Source of the DNA: a virus
Length of the DNA: 29,184 nt
Virus record (IMG/VR): IMGVR_UViG_3300022230_000138
Location: 1 to 29,184 of that record
Direction: 5' to 3' (one strand)
Of this stretch, positions 25,253-29,184 are shown piece by piece (position 1 is the first letter of the stretch; the number at the start of each line of letters is the position of its first letter). The position numbers and the translations under genes are program-made. The notes under the pieces were generated by a model. That model saw only the letters and a program-made list of their open reading frames with translations. It had not been told where the DNA came from and did no database searches.

Positions 25253-25797
25253 AAAACACCACCACACTCACAAAAACCTACACACCCCAAACCACCCAGA
25301 ACCCCACAAAAACACCCGAACCAAGAAAAGAACTCTACAAGGCCCTCCAAAAGGCCCTCAACGAACTCAGAAACCCCAAGACAACCAGGGAGAACCCGTT
25401 CTTCAAGAGCCACTACGCACCCCTCAGCCAAGTCCTCGAAGAAGCCAAAAAAGTCCTCAGCAAGCACGGACTCTTCATCTACCAGCGCGTAGGCAGCGAC
25501 ATCGATGAAACCAACCGCATCTGGGTTGGTACAGTGATCGCCCATGAGAACGGGGAGGAGATCAGGAGCGGGAAACTCTACATCCCCCTCCCCGACAAGA
25601 AACCACAAACCGCCGGAAGCGCCATCACCTACGCCCGCAGGTACAGTCTCATGGCCCTCCTAGGCGTCGCAGGGGAGGAGGAGGATGATGATGCGAACAG
25701 AGCCAGCCACCGCACCAGACCAGGCAGACCCCCAAGCAGACCCCCAGCCAGACCAGACAGGAGAACACGGGAGACGGAAGGTGGCAGGGCAGAATGA
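25249..25797 (+). CDS. erf: ERF-family single-strand annealing protein
   Basis: NPFFKSHYAPLSQVL and PQTAGSAITYARRYSLMALLGVA..EDDDAN signature. Confidence 0.95.
   Translation: MKNTTTLTKTYTPQTTQNPTKTPEPRKELYKALQKALNELRNPKTTRENPFFKSHYAPLSQVLEEAKKVLSKHGLFIYQRVGSDIDETNRIWVGTVIAHENGEEIRSGKLYIPLPDKKPQTAGSAITYARRYSLMALLGVAGEEEDDDANRASHRTRPGRPPSRPPARPDRRTRETEGGRAE
25287..25306 (+). repeat. 20-bp inverted repeat, copy 2
   Basis: CCAAACCACCCAGAACCCCA, the reverse complement of 323-342. Confidence 0.9.
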
Positions 25798-26642
25798 ACA
25801 CCACCACACCCGAAACACAGGAATGGGGGTGGAGAGGCATCATAGAATCACCACTCGAATTCCTCCCAGAAACACTGAACCCAGAGAACAACCCCCTATT
25901 CCCCGCCCCCAAGGACAAACCCGACACATACGGGGAGGAAACCCGGGAATGCCTGCAGATAATCGGGGAATGGCTCAGAGAAACCAGGAACCCTGAGAAC
26001 GCAATAGTAAGGTGGAGCAGGACGTTCCTGGAGGTGATGAACCAGCCACCCACCCACCGCAACATCCAACGAGCCCAGGAAGAAATGATCAGAGCATACC
26101 ACAACCCAGAACGCCGACCCCTCACCAGGACCATTAGTCTACTCCTCCGCCATGGAGTGAGAGGCGACGACCTGGTGCTGCGGGTGCAGAGACTCCAGAG
26201 CGGCTTCCACGCCCTCAGGGACTACCTGCTCCATGAAGACCCGCACAGGATCATCCTGGAAAGACGGAGGGACCCTGAAGGGGACGGAACCCTGATAAAA
26301 GGAGTCCTAATCACGAAAAACCCACCAAGCGTCTACTATGAAGAGATCCGGGCAAGGGGGGATCATCCCATCACAACCAGGACGCGGGTGATCCGCGCCG
26401 CCCCCACAGAAATCAGGGAAACCCACCCCATCGAGAACAAGGGCCATGGGGGCTTCCAAATCACCATGAAACCAGCCAGGAACCCCGGCGAGGAAGAAAC
26501 ACTCATCCGCGTCAAAGGAAACACCGCCAAAGGCATAATAACCACCCTCCACAGGATAGGCCTCATCAAAAAACCGGACCAAGCCACCATGGCCCTCAAA
26601 GCCATAATCAAAGAGAAAAAAGAGATGGGGGTGACGGGATAG
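25794..26642 (+). CDS. 282-aa paralogue of the N-terminal region of the downstream helicase-like protein
   Basis: ATGA coupling to erf. Collinear shared motifs LRET, AY.NP, VI.AAP, HPI and AL.A.I; no Walker motifs. Confidence 0.8.
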   Translation: MNTTTPETQEWGWRGIIESPLEFLPETLNPENNPLFPAPKDKPDTYGEETRECLQIIGEWLRETRNPENAIVRWSRTFLEVMNQPPTHRNIQRAQEEMIRAYHNPERRPLTRTISLLLRHGVRGDDLVLRVQRLQSGFHALRDYLLHEDPHRIILERRRDPEGDGTLIKGVLITKNPPSVYYEEIRARGDHPITTRTRVIRAAPTEIRETHPIENKGHGGFQITMKPARNPGEEETLIRVKGNTAKGIITTLHRIGLIKKPDQATMALKAIIKEKKEMGVTG

Positions 26643-28814
26643 ATGTTCAGGGATGATGAATGGGTCCTACCCAACCCCGGAAGAGAAAAACAGGAAGAAG
26701 AGGAGGAGGAGGCCAGGAGGAGGAATCCCTTCAGGGCCATCCCCCACCTCCTCTTCGACCAGGAAGACCTCCAAGCATGCTTCGACGAAAACCCGGGCCT
26801 ACAGGAGGAACTCCAACCCCTATACGCCGAGTACATAGCCGCCCTCCTCAGGGAGACAGGGATCCACCCTAACGACCTAGGAGACAGCATCAGGGACCTC
26901 GCCAGCCTCACCAACCTCCACCAAGACAGACACATACAACACGAAACCCACACCCTCCTCCAGAAAGCATACCGGAACCCCAGGACACCCGACACCATAC
27001 AGACACTGCGCCGGATATACCAGCTCCTCAACGAACACCCCGCAGCCGCCGAGGCAATAAACCTGGAAACCAAAGACGCGTTCAAAGAAACAGCGATGAA
27101 CATAATCCTCAGAAAGGCGGAGGAACAAGATACAATCATAATCCCCATAGGAGACACCGAGGAAATCCACATCGACAGGAACCGCATCTACAGGGCCAAT
27201 GAACGGACACGAAGACAGACACAGAGGGACAGGATGGAACTCATAGAAGAACCACCCAGACTATCAGAAGTCATCCACGCAGCACCCATCCTACTCCAAA
27301 GCAACGAACACCCCATCCTCGAAACCCGAACCGAACAAATCCTAATCAAACTCCCAGAAACCCCCAGAGCCAGGAACAGGAAAGAATGGATAGGCCCAGG
27401 AGACCTACAAGAACTCCACAACGAACTAGACAGGAAAGGATACATCATCGACCACAGACACAGCAAAAAAGCCCTAAACGCAGCCATAAACCACCTCCGA
27501 GAGCACGGACCCAGCATACAAACCAGAGAAGTCCACGAACCAGGCTACTACCTCATAGACAGCAAGGTAACCCGCCAAAACTACACCGCAGGCCACACAC
27601 TCCCCTCCGAAACCACAGCAGCACTAGACCTCCTAGAAGAACTCAGAGGATACTACCAAGGATCCGAAGACATCCTCGCAACAGTCCTAAAATGGGGTCT
27701 ACTAGCCCCATGGAACCACGTACTCAAAAAGAAGGGCGAGGACTTCCTCCCATGGCTCCTACTCTACGGAGACGCCCAAACAGGGAAAACCAGCCTCGCC
27801 AGGATCAGCCTCACACTCTACAAGCCACCACACGACCAGAGAATCATCACAGAAACCGGTGGAAGCGGATTCAACACACCCTACCGGATCGGCGAAGTAC
27901 TCAGCCAAACAAGCCTCCCCGTCCTCATAGACGAAGCCAGAGAACCCCTAGAACGCAGCAGCACCCGCGAAATCATCAAAACAAGCATACAAACCGACAT
28001 AGCCCGCGCAAAACAAAGAAACGACGAATACACCCAGATACCCGCCTACAGGGCCGCCGTGCTCACCACAAACTACTCACCACCCACAGATCCCGGCGTA
28101 CAACGCCGAATCCTGAGTATAAACTTCACACTCGAACACAGGAAAACCAGGGAGAAGATCAGGGAATTCCACGACCGGTACGGTGTCGACACCCCCAGGA
28201 GGACCAGGATAAACATCCTGGAGAAACTCGGCGCGACAACTGAACAACTCATACTCACCGACCCAAACATCATACTCGAACCCCGATCATGGCAGGAAAT
28301 CGCGGACAACCTCCTCACCAGGATCTACGAAGACGCCCACACACATCAACCCGAATGGACGAAAAGATGGGCGGAGAACGCCACGATCACCGAAACCGAA
28401 ACAGACATCCTCGAGGAGATCAGAAACCACATCCGCGAAACCATCACCCAGAAAATCCAGCGCACAACCATCCAAGACGAAGAAGGGAACCTCACAACAG
28501 GAACCGAAAAATGGCAGATCGAGAGGGAGGAACTCATCACCACCATCCTGAGGGCGGGAGCCTGCCCCGGCCTAGAATATTACGCCACGACAAGGGGACG
28601 GTACGTCCTCATATCCACCGCCCTCATCAGCCGACTCAGGAAGGAGGGGATCCCCATCACCAGCCTAAAAGCACTCAGCCAACTAATAGGATGGAGAGAC
28701 CCCTACCCCGTCCGGATGAAACGCCCAGGAGGAGGATACACAACACTGCGCAGGATCAAAATCAGCCTGGAGGAATTCCTGGACTTCATCCACCCAGAGT
28801 TCATCGATGATTAG
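26643..28814 (+). CDS. Replication protein: P-loop NTPase, SF3/AAA+ helicase-like
   Basis: Walker A GDAQTGKT (27768-27791), Walker B VLIDE (27921-27935), motif C-like VLTTN; GGGGTGA RBS. No primase catalytic motif recognised. Confidence 0.85.
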   Translation: MFRDDEWVLPNPGREKQEEEEEEARRRNPFRAIPHLLFDQEDLQACFDENPGLQEELQPLYAEYIAALLRETGIHPNDLGDSIRDLASLTNLHQDRHIQHETHTLLQKAYRNPRTPDTIQTLRRIYQLLNEHPAAAEAINLETKDAFKETAMNIILRKAEEQDTIIIPIGDTEEIHIDRNRIYRANERTRRQTQRDRMELIEEPPRLSEVIHAAPILLQSNEHPILETRTEQILIKLPETPRARNRKEWIGPGDLQELHNELDRKGYIIDHRHSKKALNAAINHLREHGPSIQTREVHEPGYYLIDSKVTRQNYTAGHTLPSETTAALDLLEELRGYYQGSEDILATVLKWGLLAPWNHVLKKKGEDFLPWLLLYGDAQTGKTSLARISLTLYKPPHDQRIITETGGSGFNTPYRIGEVLSQTSLPVLIDEAREPLERSSTREIIKTSIQTDIARAKQRNDEYTQIPAYRAAVLTTNYSPPTDPGVQRRILSINFTLEHRKTREKIREFHDRYGVDTPRRTRINILEKLGATTEQLILTDPNIILEPRSWQEIADNLLTRIYEDAHTHQPEWTKRWAENATITETETDILEEIRNHIRETITQKIQRTTIQDEEGNLTTGTEKWQIEREELITTILRAGACPGLEYYATTRGRYVLISTALISRLRKEGIPITSLKALSQLIGWRDPYPVRMKRPGGGYTTLRRIKISLEEFLDFIHPEFIDD

Positions 28815-28842
28815 ATGGAAGGGAGTCCCATCCATCCCCTAC

Positions 28843-28859
28843 TTCTTCTTTTTTTTATT
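28843..28859 (+). terminator. Oligo-T archaeal intrinsic terminator candidate
   Basis: TTCTTCTTTTTTTTATT about 30 nt after the helicase stop; a T-run on an otherwise T-poor strand. A second T tract lies near 28895-28910. Confidence 0.5.
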
Positions 28860-28919
28860 CTCCAAGCCAAGGATCAATGATTACTCCATCCCTCCTTTTT
28901 GTTCTTCTTCCCCAACCCC

Positions 28920-29184
28920 AGATCAGATGACTACCAATCTAACAGGGCGACTACTCCCCAACTACACCAACAATTGTAGTTCACAGCCAAGACCAAAACA
29001 TGCCCAGCAACCCCAAAACCAGCCATGCCCCACGACACACCATCGGATGGCCGAAAAACACCCGCTCCTTTTAGTAAAACAAGAAAGAAGAGATTTTATT
29101 CAGAATCAGCACTTTGAAAGAGCCTTATATTATATATATATTATATTTACTACAATTACTACATACTATATACAATCTATGTTA
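28920..29184. other. Candidate replication origin (AT-rich unwinding element with short ACTAC/GTAGT repeats)
   Basis: Non-coding; near-pure A/T run at 29125-29149; 9-bp inverted repeat AATTGTAGT (28972-28980) / ACTACAATT (29149-29157); lies next to the helicase gene and at the skew switch. Confidence 0.4.

Noticed and set aside
26640-26645. Read-through fusion of the 282-aa gene and the helicase (TAG-ATG in frame)
   Set aside because: A well-spaced GGGGTGA RBS precedes ATG 26643, so ordinary translational coupling explains it.
28815-28880. 21-codon ORF starting right after the helicase stop
   Set aside because: It runs through the oligo-T terminator tract and has no RBS or coding signature.
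29095-29120. Possible solitary CRISPR-repeat mimic ending in TTGAAAG
   Set aside because: Single copy, with only short AATCAG and TTGAAA matches to my recollection of Methanothermobacter repeats, and no spacer structure.

Overview
The window is a near-complete or complete ~29 kb genome of a long-tailed (siphovirus-type) archaeal virus, class Caudoviricetes. The host is a pseudomurein-walled methanogen (Methanobacteriales, probably Methanothermobacter-like). That inference rests on a clear PeiP/PeiW-type pseudomurein endoisopeptidase and GGAGGTGA-type ribosome-binding sites. Layout: a short leftward early operon (1-~810, minus strand). Then a rightward block: double zinc-finger protein, two small membrane proteins, terminase, portal, head, neck, tail tube, chaperones, tape measure, Dit, Tal, tail spike and endolysin (917-24501). 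Then a rightward early/replication operon: OB-fold protein, small beta-barrel protein, ERF annealing protein, a 282-aa protein and a P-loop helicase-like protein (24705-28814), ending in an AT-rich candidate origin. I found no integrase, DNA polymerase, tRNA or CRISPR array. Main observations: (1) the tape measure protein ends in a transglutaminase-like Cys-His-Asp domain resembling the endolysin catalytic domain, a candidate entry enzyme for pseudomurein. (2) The 282-aa gene is a collinear, ATPase-less paralogue of the N-terminal ~285 aa of the adjacent helicase. (3) A protein carries a TFB/TFIIB-like zinc ribbon. (4) A TTT-CGC-TGA +1 frameshift signal lies in the tail chaperone genes. (5) The two early arms share inverted homologous promoter/leader modules and an exact in-frame 20-bp inverted repeat. 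(6) GT/AC strand skew flips at the window ends. All assignments come from reading motifs by eye; no database searches or computations were run.
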